Source: Deltaproteobacteria bacterium (GTDB taxonomy: Bacteria; Myxococcota_A; Polyangia; Fen-1088). Taken from it: 64,000 nt of DNA. A program made the position numbers and the translations under genes. The DNA lies in assembly GCA_033763315.1 (NCBI GenBank), contig JANRKS010000034.1:288001-352000 (forward strand), in the 5' to 3' direction. Below, one piece after another: positions 9,584-18,241 of the stretch (position 1 is the first letter of the stretch; the number at the start of each line of letters is the position of its first letter). Below the pieces are notes generated by a model that worked only from the letters and a program-made list of their open reading frames with translations, was not told the origin of the DNA and ran no database searches.

Positions 9584-10378
9584 TTAGACGCTGTATCCGA
9601 GCCGCGCCAATGTGCTTCGATCCGGCTTTTGCCCGGCCAATTGCCCACCATCGGCCGTCAAACACGCACCGGTCACAAATGAAGCGTCGTCGCTTGCCAA
9701 GAACAAGAACAAAGGTGCGATCTCCTCAGGGCGCGCGACGCGTTCTTGTGGAATGTAACGTTCTGCAAAAGCCGTAGTGACTTCAGCGCTATCCAGTTCC
9801 GCGGCCAACGGCGTTGCTACATAGCCAGGGCACACCGCATTGACGCGAATGCCGAACGCGGCCAGTTCAAGCGCCATCGTCTTGGTGAGCAACACCAAGC
9901 CGGCTTTGCTGGCGTTGTAGTGTGCGTAACCCGATTCGCCGTCGAGACCGTTCTTCGAGGCCATGTGAACGATCGCGCCACGTCGACGAACAACCATCTT
10001 TCGCGCCACCGCCTGAGCCACGAAGAATGCGCCCGTCAAGTTGACGTCGATGATCCTTCGCCACTCCTCTTCTTCGATGTTGAGAAAGCCTGTCTCGTAA
10101 GCGATCCCCGCATTGTTCACGAGCACATCGATGGGCGCGTCATCGTCGGCAGCGTGCACGGCCGCAATCACATCCGAACGCTTGGTCACATCCACAACCA
10201 CACCTGTGACGTCGGTGCCCCCGGCTTGCAAGCTGGAAATGGCCTGGGCCAGGTCGTCCTCACGCCGGTCAAGCAAACGCAGCCGCGCGCCTTCACGCGC
10301 GAATTGCCGCGCGATTTCAAAGCCGATGCCACGCGCGGCGCCCGTGATGATGACGTGTTTGTTTTGAAACCTTGCCAT
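9584..10378 (-). CDS. Short-chain dehydrogenase/reductase (SDR)
   Basis: TGAARGIG, NNAG, YNASK, VNAVCPG motifs. Confidence 0.92.
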   Translation of the reverse strand: MARFQNKHVIITGAARGIGFEIARQFAREGARLRLLDRREDDLAQAISSLQAGGTDVTGVVVDVTKRSDVIAAVHAADDDAPIDVLVNNAGIAYETGFLNIEEEEWRRIIDVNLTGAFFVAQAVARKMVVRRRGAIVHMASKNGLDGESGYAHYNASKAGLVLLTKTMALELAAFGIRVNAVCPGYVATPLAAELDSAEVTTAFAERYIPQERVARPEEIAPLFLFLASDDASFVTGACLTADGGQLAGQKPDRSTLARLGYSV

Positions 10379-10385
10379 GGACCTG

Positions 10386-11036
10386 TCAAAACACGCCGTA
10401 CTTGGCCCACACGTCGCGTATGCGCATCCCGCTGAGGAGATCGTGGCGTGCCCCGTCTTCAAGTTTTCGTTTGCTCTTCACGAGTTCCGCCGCGTCGCGC
10501 ACGGCCGCGCGTGGAACCACCACAATGCCGTCTATATCAGCGACAACCAGATCACCTGGCGTGACTAGCACGCCCCCGACCTGCGCCATGGTTCCGTGTT
10601 CGGTCACGATGGCCCGGGCGTACGTGTCAAGCGGCGTACAGCCACGCGCGAAGGTGGGAAAGCCAAGCTGGTGGATCTGCCGCGCGTCCCGCACCAGCCC
10701 ATCAACGATGGCGCCGCGGGCACCACGACCGATTGCGCCGCAGGAAAACAATTCCCCCCACGAGGCCACCCGCAGACCTGGTTCGACGACGAACAGCGGA
10801 ACATCGCCGGGCGCTAAACCGTCAAGCGCGTTCATCTCGCCGTCGTAAGGCCGTTCCGGTTCACGGCTATCACCGATCACTAGTACTGGTCGCGCCCAGC
10901 CAATCACAACCGCTTCATCCCAAAGCGGTCGAATCGCCGGATCCATCGCTCGTTCAGGTTGTCGCAGCCCCAACTTATCAAGCGCATCGGAGACGATGGC
11001 CGATGTGGCGCCGCGGAATTCCTCAAGCAGGTCCAT
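10386..11036 (-). CDS. RraA-like / HMG-CHA aldolase family protein
   Basis: SDALD, ASWGEL, GAIVDGLVRD, PGDLVVADIDGIVVVP. Confidence 0.88.
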   Translation of the reverse strand: MDLLEEFRGATSAIVSDALDKLGLRQPERAMDPAIRPLWDEAVVIGWARPVLVIGDSREPERPYDGEMNALDGLAPGDVPLFVVEPGLRVASWGELFSCGAIGRGARGAIVDGLVRDARQIHQLGFPTFARGCTPLDTYARAIVTEHGTMAQVGGVLVTPGDLVVADIDGIVVVPRAAVRDAAELVKSKRKLEDGARHDLLSGMRIRDVWAKYGVF

Positions 11037-11037
11037 G

Positions 11038-12807
11038 TCAGTCTCCAAGCATCCAGCCACTGATGAGCCCGCGTGGCAATTCAGGCTCACGTTCGCCTGG
11101 CAGTTTGCGTAGCACGTCTAGATCGGCTCCCTCGTGCGCTTGCAACACGTGCCCGAGAAACAGTGATTCATACCCGCGGCGGTAAGCCGGTGGGTGCTTG
11201 GGCCGTGCCGCCAAACGGCGTGCAATTTCTTCGGGCGGCACTTCCAGATTTAAAGTCCCCGCTTCGACATCCAGCGCAATCATGTCGCCCGTTTGAACCG
11301 CAGCGATCGGACCACCCACCGCGGCTTCGGGCGAAACGTGCACGATCATCAAGCCATGCGAGCCGCCGCTGATCCGCGCGTCGGATAGGCGGATCATGTC
11401 CTCGACGCCCATGGCGCGCAGTTTGCCAGGCACGGGAATGTGTCCCCATTCCGGCATGCCGGGGCCGCCTACGGGCCCACCGTTCTTCAGAACAATGATG
11501 CTGTCCGGTGTGACTTCAAGATCTGGATCGTCCAGGCGGCGGTTTAAGTCCTCAACGTGCTCGAACACCAAGGCAGGCCCTGTGTGCTTAAACAAGCGTG
11601 GATCGGCCGCGCTACGCTTCACCACCGCGCCCGATGGCGCCAGCGATCCGCGCAGCACCGCGATCCCCGACACCGACGAGACCGGGTTGCTTCTGGGGCG
11701 GATGACATCGTGATCCAGTGACTTTCGCCCCGCGATGTTCTCTCGCACCGTTTGGCCGGTGATTGTTGGCAGATCCAGATGCAACAGATCTCCCATCTCC
11801 GCCATCAAGGCGGGGACGCCACCGGCGTGAAAGAAGGGCTCCAGCAAATGTTCGCCCGAGGGCCGCAGGTTCGCCAACACGGGGATGTGGGACGCGGCAC
11901 CAAAGTCGTCGAGCGTAATATCAAGACCAAGACGGCCGGCGAGCGCCAACAGATGGACCACCGCATTCGTGGAGCCGCCCACGGCCATCAGCACGCGGAT
12001 CGCGTTCTCGAAGGCGGGTTTTGTCAAAAGCTCGCTGGGCTTGGGCCCGCCGCGGGCGCCGATCTGCACCGCCAACCGCCCCGTGCGTTCAGCAAGCACC
12101 TGGCGGCGGGCGTCGACGGCCGGAATCGATGCGTTGTCGGTCAGCGTGATCCCAAGCGCCTCACCCACCACGGCCATCGACATCGCGGTGGCCATCTCCA
12201 TGCAATACCCCTGACTGCGGCACAAACTTCCCTCGAACTCGCGGTATTCGGCAACCGACATACGCCCAAGCCGCACTTCGTAGCTGTAGTGCCAAAAGTC
12301 GGTTCCCGAGCCCGCGGGCTTGCCGCGAAAGTGGCCGCTGATCTGAGGCCCGCCGGTGAGCAGTATCGTGGGAACGTCGGCGCTGGCCGCCCCCATGAGT
12401 ACCGCTGGCGTTGTCTTGTCGCAGCTCGAAAGCAACACCACCGCATCCAGTGGATGCGACTTGATCATCGATTCCACATCCATGGAAGCGAGGTTGCGAT
12501 ACATCATGGCGTTGGGTTTCATGAGCGTTTCAGATAACGACAACACAGGAAACTCAAGCGGCATGCCGCCGGCTTGAAGGACGCCGCGCTTCACCGATTC
12601 TGCAAGCGTTCGCAAGTGAACGTTGCAACCAACCAGTTCGCTCCACGTGTTGCAGATTCCGATGACGGGTCGATCGCGCAACGCTTCGTCTGAGAAGCCA
12701 TTGGGCTTGAGCCATGCGCGGTGGTTGAACGCGTTGATGTCCTCGCCGGCAAACCAGTGCGAGCTGCGCAGTTTTCGAGGCTTTCCGTCATCATCATTGG
12801 TGGCCAT
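11038..12807 (-). CDS. IlvD/Edd-family dehydratase, sugar-acid (pentonate/hexonate) type
   Basis: PVIGICNTWSELVGCN, CDKTTP, GGSTNAVVHL, GPVGGPGMPE, SDARISG, HVSPEAAVGG, RRGYESLF..HVLQAHEGAD. Confidence 0.9.
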   Translation of the reverse strand: MATNDDDGKPRKLRSSHWFAGEDINAFNHRAWLKPNGFSDEALRDRPVIGICNTWSELVGCNVHLRTLAESVKRGVLQAGGMPLEFPVLSLSETLMKPNAMMYRNLASMDVESMIKSHPLDAVVLLSSCDKTTPAVLMGAASADVPTILLTGGPQISGHFRGKPAGSGTDFWHYSYEVRLGRMSVAEYREFEGSLCRSQGYCMEMATAMSMAVVGEALGITLTDNASIPAVDARRQVLAERTGRLAVQIGARGGPKPSELLTKPAFENAIRVLMAVGGSTNAVVHLLALAGRLGLDITLDDFGAASHIPVLANLRPSGEHLLEPFFHAGGVPALMAEMGDLLHLDLPTITGQTVRENIAGRKSLDHDVIRPRSNPVSSVSGIAVLRGSLAPSGAVVKRSAADPRLFKHTGPALVFEHVEDLNRRLDDPDLEVTPDSIIVLKNGGPVGGPGMPEWGHIPVPGKLRAMGVEDMIRLSDARISGGSHGLMIVHVSPEAAVGGPIAAVQTGDMIALDVEAGTLNLEVPPEEIARRLAARPKHPPAYRRGYESLFLGHVLQAHEGADLDVLRKLPGEREPELPRGLISGWMLGD

Positions 12808-12825
12808 GATTGATCCTGTCAACAA

Positions 12826-12841
12826 CCGTACAGCTGTACGA
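12826..12841. promoter_or_regulatory. Putative operator copy 1, CCGTAC-AGCT-GTACGA
   Basis: Palindrome about 19 bp upstream of the dehydratase ATG. Matches the copies at 13818 and 23478. Confidence 0.65.
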
Positions 12842-13786
12842 TTAGCGATTTATACCACCGGTTCTGTCGGGATCAACGACTTGAGCGTCAGAATCGGCAG
12901 AAGGGGATGGCTCGATGGCAAGCGCTGCACCCGCCGCGAGCGATAAGGCGATCGCCAGCGCCTTGTAGGCCGAGAGGCTTTCGTTGATGCTCGGCCAGCA
13001 CACCGATAGCACCACCGTGACTGCAGGATAAAGTGCTGTCACGGCGGTGACGACGGCCGCTTTTCCACGTCGATAGGCTTCAAAGGACGTCCATAAACCC
13101 AGGCCCATCAAAAGGCCGTAGACGAACGCCAAGACCCAGAATGGGCCGCGAGGTGGCAGGTCCGCTGGTTGCACAGCGGTTAAACTCAAAGTTGCGCCCA
13201 CAAAGCCCATTGACCATCCTGTAAGCGCGGCTGATGCGGGGCCGTGTTTTGTTGCCACCTTCATCGATAGCCCGCTTGCGCCGAAAATGAGAAACGCCAG
13301 CGCCGCATAGGGGATCCACGCAACGATGGGACCCGACGTGGGGGAGGCGCCCTCCGCTCCGAACGCCGCCACCGCCGCGCCAAACAACAGAAAACCGACC
13401 TTCTGAACGGCGCCCAACTTCTCACGAAGAACGAGGCGAGCGCCCAGCGCGGTGACCAAGGGGTACATCGCGCACAAAGGCGTGACGAGCGACCCTTCCC
13501 CTCCAAGCGCAAACGCGTGCAGGATGGCCAAGGTGCCAAGCGCGCCCCCAAGGCCCGTGAATAATGCCCAAAGCACGCCGCCCCGGGGTGCGTGCCGAAT
13601 GCCACGGATCCCTCCTGTGACAAGCAGTGCCGTCAACAAACCCGGAAGCGCCGCCAGCTGCACGGCCAGCGGATCGGTGGGTGCGAGAGCAGGCAGCTTC
13701 GGCAACATCTGCCAAATGCCAAAAAGTCCCACCGTGGCCAGGGCATACGCCAACCAGGCCCGGTTGCGAACGGGGACGAATTTCAC
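12842..13786 (-). CDS. EamA/DMT family transporter
   Basis: About 10 hydrophobic segments in two repeats (SLVTPLCAMYPLVT / AVVTAVTALYPAVT). GTG 13786 has GGAG upstream. Confidence 0.85.
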   Translation of the reverse strand: MKFVPVRNRAWLAYALATVGLFGIWQMLPKLPALAPTDPLAVQLAALPGLLTALLVTGGIRGIRHAPRGGVLWALFTGLGGALGTLAILHAFALGGEGSLVTPLCAMYPLVTALGARLVLREKLGAVQKVGFLLFGAAVAAFGAEGASPTSGPIVAWIPYAALAFLIFGASGLSMKVATKHGPASAALTGWSMGFVGATLSLTAVQPADLPPRGPFWVLAFVYGLLMGLGLWTSFEAYRRGKAAVVTAVTALYPAVTVVLSVCWPSINESLSAYKALAIALSLAAGAALAIEPSPSADSDAQVVDPDRTGGINR

Positions 13787-13817
13787 CAGCGTTGTCTCCC
13801 GGTAGGTGCGGTCACTA

Positions 13818-13833
13818 TCGTACGATAGTACGA
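13818..13833. promoter_or_regulatory. Putative operator copy 2, TCGTAC-GATA-GTACGA, in the divergent promoter region
   Basis: Lies in the 59-bp gap between the divergent EamA and SMP-30 genes. Overlaps the perfect 16-bp palindrome ACTATCGTACGATAGT (13814-13829). Confidence 0.7.
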
Positions 13834-13845
13834 TTGGAGCCAGCG

Positions 13846-14778
13846 ATGACAAGCGCATTTCAAATTGTGGCGCAAACGGATGACCTTTGCGGCGAAGCGC
13901 CGGTGTGGGTCGATGAGCGCGAAAGCCTCGTATGGGTGGATCAGGGACGCAAGCTGGTGCGAGACCTTGCGGGTGGCACACCGAAGGTGATCGTTCGCGG
14001 TTTTGCGGCGGGAGGCATTGTGCCGGTGCAAGATGGATCGCTGCTTCTGGCGGGGCCGGATGGACTGGCGCGGCTCTCCTTGGGTGGTGTCTTCAAAAGG
14101 TTACCGCTTGATCCGCTTGGCGCGGGGTGCTGCCTAAACGACGTCTGCGTAGGGCCGGATGGCGAGCTGCTGGCCGGCGTGATGGCGCTGCGGCCGGATG
14201 GCACGGACGTAAGTCGAGCGGGGGCCCTGGTCCGCATTGAGAACAGCGGTCGGGTCCAGACACTGGATAATGATGTGATGCTTCCCAACGGTATGGCCAT
14301 GTCGGCCGATGGCCGATGGCTTTACGTTGTGGATTCGGCCCGGCGCGCGGTGTTTCGTTATGCGAGCGATGAATTGCGTGGTTCGTCTGTTAGCCGCAGC
14401 GTCTTGTGTGTTCTGAGCGCAGACGATGGCGTTCCCGATGGTCTCGCGGTGGACGCGGCGGGCAACGTGTGGCTTGCTCTGTGGTACGGAGGGCAGGTTG
14501 TTCGTGTGTCGCCGCGCGGCGAGGTCGATCTGCGCGTGCATTTGCCCTTCGCTCAGATCTCAAGCCTTGCTTTTGGTGGGCGTGATCGTTGCGACCTCTA
14601 CGTGACCACGGCCGCAGAGCCTTGGCACAGCGTGTTCGCGCCATCTCAATGGTCGGCTCTGGCGCCGCAAGGCGGTTCCCTCTTGCGGTTGCGGTGTGAC
14701 GTGCCAGGCGCTCCCGTGATCCGCAGCCGCTGGGCCTTTGGGCCCATGGTTGACTCCCCTCGAAATGACCTATCGTAG
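13846..14778 (+). CDS. SMP-30/gluconolactonase family (sugar lactone lactonase)
   Basis: CGEAPVW, LND, PNGMAMSADG, PDGLAVDAAGNVW, SSLAFGG, LYVTTA. Confidence 0.92.
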   Translation: MTSAFQIVAQTDDLCGEAPVWVDERESLVWVDQGRKLVRDLAGGTPKVIVRGFAAGGIVPVQDGSLLLAGPDGLARLSLGGVFKRLPLDPLGAGCCLNDVCVGPDGELLAGVMALRPDGTDVSRAGALVRIENSGRVQTLDNDVMLPNGMAMSADGRWLYVVDSARRAVFRYASDELRGSSVSRSVLCVLSADDGVPDGLAVDAAGNVWLALWYGGQVVRVSPRGEVDLRVHLPFAQISSLAFGGRDRCDLYVTTAAEPWHSVFAPSQWSALAPQGGSLLRLRCDVPGAPVIRSRWAFGPMVDSPRNDLS

Positions 14779-14809
14779 TGACAACTCAGACGCCAAAGGA
14801 GTTCAGGCG

Positions 14810-16501
14810 ATGCGGTTTCTTTTGTCAGCGGTGCTATGCGCGACGTTCGCGCTCTCTTTGGCGTGCACAGGGCGAATTGCAGGTGCCGGCGGCGATTGGC
14901 CCGACCATGACGGCAGCGGTGGCCAAGGCGGCGATGATGCCCAACCAGGCGGTGGTTCCGCGAGCGCATCAGACGCGTCCGTTGTGTCGTCTGGCGCGAG
15001 GCTGTCGCGCTTAACGCATTTTCAGTGGCAAAATGCGGTTCGCGATTTGCTGCGTCTGAAAGCCTTGCCGGTGGTGCCCCAGCTGCAGGCGGACGCTGTG
15101 CAAGGCTTCGACAACAACAACGCGGGGCCCGCTTTAGATGTTTCGCTTGAACTTCGCAGCGATTACGAGCAGGCATCCGAATCTATCGCTCGCGCGGTTG
15201 TCGCCGACGCCAACGCTGTGGCCGGTTTGATTCCGAAGTCAGCGCCTAGCGATTTCGAGGGCAAATCACGTGCGGTTATACGTGCCTTGGCCGAACGTGC
15301 CTACCGCAGGCCCCTGCGCGGCGACGAGGACAGTGCCTTGTGGGATTTGTTTAGCCAGGGGCCATCCTTGGTCAACAACGCAGATCGGTTCAAAGCAGGT
15401 TTGGAAGTGTTGGTCGGCGCGTTGTTGCAGTCGCCCATGTTCCTCTATCGCGTGGAACTTGGTGAGGGCGAGAATACCGATGACTTTTCGCTGACACCAT
15501 TTGAGCTTGCCACCCGTTTGGCTTTCGCGCTGACCGACACCATGCCCGATGACGAATTGTTCGAGGCCGCGCGCGCGGGACGTCTTAAAACTGCGGACGA
15601 AGTTGAACGGCAAGCCTCGCGCTTGCTGCAGTCCGGCGCGGCAAAAGCCAGCGGCCGGCATTTTCACGAGCAACTCTTTCGGATGGCCGCGTACGACAGG
15701 ATCAGCAAGGACCCGAAGTCATTCCCTACGTTTTCGCCTGACTTGCCACAGCTGATGAAAGAAGAAAGCCTTCGCTTCCTTGACGACATCCTGGCAGACG
15801 AGCGTCCGGCAGAAGCGATTCTTAATGGAGACACTTCGTTTGTGAACGCGAAACTGGCGGCGCTTTATGATGTTTCGGGATCCTTTGACGATGGCTTCAA
15901 GAAGACGACACTGAACACCAAGCAGCGGCGTGGCTTGCTTACACAAGCCGGTTTTCTGGCGGCGAATGCGGATGCGCACAACCCGGACCCCATTCACCGC
16001 GGTGTTTTCATCAGCCACGTTCTACTGTGCAAAGTCTTGCCCCCGCCGGCCATGAACGCTTCACCCGTTCCTGTGTCCGAGACCAAGACAAACCGCCAGC
16101 GGGTCGAGGCTCACACCGGCAAAGGGACGTGCGGCGCCGGTTGCCACGCAACGCTGATCAACCCGCTGGGGTATGCGTTTGAATCTTTCGATGCGATGGG
16201 CCGCTATCGAACGAAGGACAATGGCGCAGATGTAGACGCCAGCGGAGAGTACGGCGAGCTTTCAGAGGGCCCCATTCGTTTCTCCGATGGCATTGAACTC
16301 AGCGAGCAATTGTCTCATAGCCGCGATTTTCACGAATGCTACTTTGACAATTGGCTGCAATACCTGTGGGCACGTGAGCCGCACGAGGGCGATTCGGTAG
16401 CGCTGGCGGCCTCTGTGAAGGCGTCTTTGGATGGTCAAAGCGTTCGTGATGTTCTGATGGCGATGATTACCAGCCCATCGTTTCGAAGGTTCGTACGATG
16501 A
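14810..16501 (+). CDS. DUF1587/1595/1592/1588/1585 lipoprotein (copy A) with CX3CH heme-like motif
   Basis: Lipobox SLAC, Gly linker, RLTHFQWQNAVRDLL, RAYRRPL, LQSPMFLY, ELATRLAF..TDTMPD, HRG...LLC, CGAGCH..INPLGYAFESFD. Confidence 0.88.
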   Translation: MRFLLSAVLCATFALSLACTGRIAGAGGDWPDHDGSGGQGGDDAQPGGGSASASDASVVSSGARLSRLTHFQWQNAVRDLLRLKALPVVPQLQADAVQGFDNNNAGPALDVSLELRSDYEQASESIARAVVADANAVAGLIPKSAPSDFEGKSRAVIRALAERAYRRPLRGDEDSALWDLFSQGPSLVNNADRFKAGLEVLVGALLQSPMFLYRVELGEGENTDDFSLTPFELATRLAFALTDTMPDDELFEAARAGRLKTADEVERQASRLLQSGAAKASGRHFHEQLFRMAAYDRISKDPKSFPTFSPDLPQLMKEESLRFLDDILADERPAEAILNGDTSFVNAKLAALYDVSGSFDDGFKKTTLNTKQRRGLLTQAGFLAANADAHNPDPIHRGVFISHVLLCKVLPPPAMNASPVPVSETKTNRQRVEAHTGKGTCGAGCHATLINPLGYAFESFDAMGRYRTKDNGADVDASGEYGELSEGPIRFSDGIELSEQLSHSRDFHECYFDNWLQYLWAREPHEGDSVALAASVKASLDGQSVRDVLMAMITSPSFRRFVR

Positions 16502-17919
16502 AGAAATCCACGCGTCGTCAGGTGCTCAAAGGATTGGGTGGTGCCACGCTCGCCTTGCCCGCATTGGATATCTTTGAAGGCCGAGCCAAAGCGGAAGACC
16601 CGCCCACGTACGCGGTGTTCGTGGTCGCCTCGAATGGTGTCGTTCAAGATCTCGGAAGCGAGCCAGAACTTTTTTGGCCGAGCCGTCCGGGCCCCTTGTC
16701 ACGCGCAGCCTTGGAGGCGGAGCAGGGGACCCGCGCCACCGCAATGTTGGCGCGCCACGCTGATAAATTGCTTGTTGTCCGTGGTGTGAACCACGCCTTT
16801 GAATCGCGGAATACGTGCGGTCATACGTGGGGCAATAACCAGTGCCTCACGGCACAGCCAGGCTCTGAAGACCTTGATGGGCCAGCCACCAGTTTGGCAA
16901 TGGGCGAATCAATTGATTATCGGATCGCGCGCGAGAAGACCGTTTCGGGGCGTGGACCGCTTACTTTGCATGCGGGTCTGAACGCTGCCGGGGGCGACGG
17001 TTACGGAAACCCTGGGTATGTTTCTTACAAGGGCCCGAAGCAGCCCATGAGCCCTGACTCAAGCCCATGGGCGGCCTACCTTCGTCTCTCTGGTTTGAGC
17101 AATGCCGACCCTACCTTGGCGAAAATGGTGGTTACCCGCCGAAAGAGCGTTAACGACTTCGTGCGGTCTCAGATCAAAACCTTGGAGTCGCGCAAGGATT
17201 TGAGCGCCGAGGATCGGCGCCGTTTAGACGCGCATTTATCGGCTGTGCGTGACCTAGAGCTAGGAATGGCCACGACGCTCTCGCCGGCGACGGCCAAAGA
17301 AATGGAAGCCCTCGACGGTAAAGACGTGATGATGCGCGTCAAGGTCAACCTAAGCGAGAACCGAGAAGCCGTAATTCGCTTACACATGGAACTCATCGCA
17401 TTTGCGTTTGCGGGCGATTTGTTCAGATCGGCCACACTCAAGATTGGGGACAACAATGACGGGTGGCAAGCCGTCATCGATGGCGTTCAACAACCGAGCT
17501 TCCACATGATCTCGCACGGCGTGCTGGCTGACGGAGGCGATGGCCCCGTGATTGAAAACGCTGTACAGATGCATGCGAAGATTGTGCGCATCTTCATGTC
17601 GCAGTTCGGGATTTTGGCAGACAGACTGGCTGCCGTATCTTCCCCCTCAGGCTCCCTTTTGGATCGAGGCTATTGTGTGTTTGCGAATCAGGTCTCGAAT
17701 GGCAATCACGACTTGCGCAACATGCCCTATGTGATTGTGGGCAAAGCCAACGGTCGGCTCAAGACGGGGCGCTTCGTGGACCTTGGGGGCGTGCCGCATA
17801 ACCTGATGCTCAATGCCCTCCTCGCGGCCGCCGGGGTCACGAAGCCTGGTGGAGCACCGGTGGACGACTTCGGTGCCGTGTCTTTGAAGAAGGGCATCCT
17901 CACCGACTTGCTCACTTAG
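16498..17919 (+). CDS. DUF1552 (HXXSHH-type) Tat-exported protein (copy A)
   Basis: TRRQVLK Tat signal, ESIDYRIA, DRRRLDAHLSAVRDLE, FHMISH, GSLLD, GNHDLRNMP, LKTGRFV. ATGA-coupled to the upstream gene. Confidence 0.88.
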   Translation: MKKSTRRQVLKGLGGATLALPALDIFEGRAKAEDPPTYAVFVVASNGVVQDLGSEPELFWPSRPGPLSRAALEAEQGTRATAMLARHADKLLVVRGVNHAFESRNTCGHTWGNNQCLTAQPGSEDLDGPATSLAMGESIDYRIAREKTVSGRGPLTLHAGLNAAGGDGYGNPGYVSYKGPKQPMSPDSSPWAAYLRLSGLSNADPTLAKMVVTRRKSVNDFVRSQIKTLESRKDLSAEDRRRLDAHLSAVRDLELGMATTLSPATAKEMEALDGKDVMMRVKVNLSENREAVIRLHMELIAFAFAGDLFRSATLKIGDNNDGWQAVIDGVQQPSFHMISHGVLADGGDGPVIENAVQMHAKIVRIFMSQFGILADRLAAVSSPSGSLLDRGYCVFANQVSNGNHDLRNMPYVIVGKANGRLKTGRFVDLGGVPHNLMLNALLAAAGVTKPGGAPVDDFGAVSLKKGILTDLLT

Positions 17920-18235
17920 CTCCGCAAGGAGTGCGCTCGATTGGTAGAGGCACAGCGGTGAGCTGATCATGCATCGAATCGCTCCAATCGCACACGCGCG
18001 CGCCGTTATCTGGCGTACCCGACGAATGAAAAGCCCGTGGCGCGACGAAAGAAACGTGTAAAGGTAGAAGTGCTATCGCAGCCACGCTGGCCACCTCAGC
18101 TACGGATACGGTGCTCGCCAAGTCTTTGGGAATGTAGCGGCAGATGCGATCCAGTGGTTCAACGTCGCTATCGCTCAGTGCAGCTGTGGCAAACGTGGCG
18201 GTGGATAGCCGTCGTGAACCACGACCACGCAACAA
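17916..18235 (-). pseudogene. Degenerate AraC-family HTH remnant
   Basis: LDRICRYI..DLASTVSVAEVASVAA, then after a 1-nt loss (~18076) STSTFTRFFRRATGFSFVGY, a typical AraC first HTH. An in-frame stop follows. Confidence 0.6.
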
Positions 18236-18241
18236 ATGGGC

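Noticed and set aside
9746-10435. 229-aa plus-strand ORF, and similar long shadow ORFs at 4280-5023, 11752-12537, 32952-33815 and 52065-52919
   Set aside because: Antisense to clearly recognisable genes, with no motifs. Long shadow ORFs are expected in GC-rich DNA.
11038-12807. Annotation as biosynthetic ilvD
   Set aside because: Sequence features and neighbours (lactonase, SDR, aldolase-like) fit the sugar-acid dehydratase branch.
8641-18235. The two AraC relics as halves of one gene split by an insertion
   Set aside because: They are on opposite strands and both contain the helix leading into HTH1, with different sequences.
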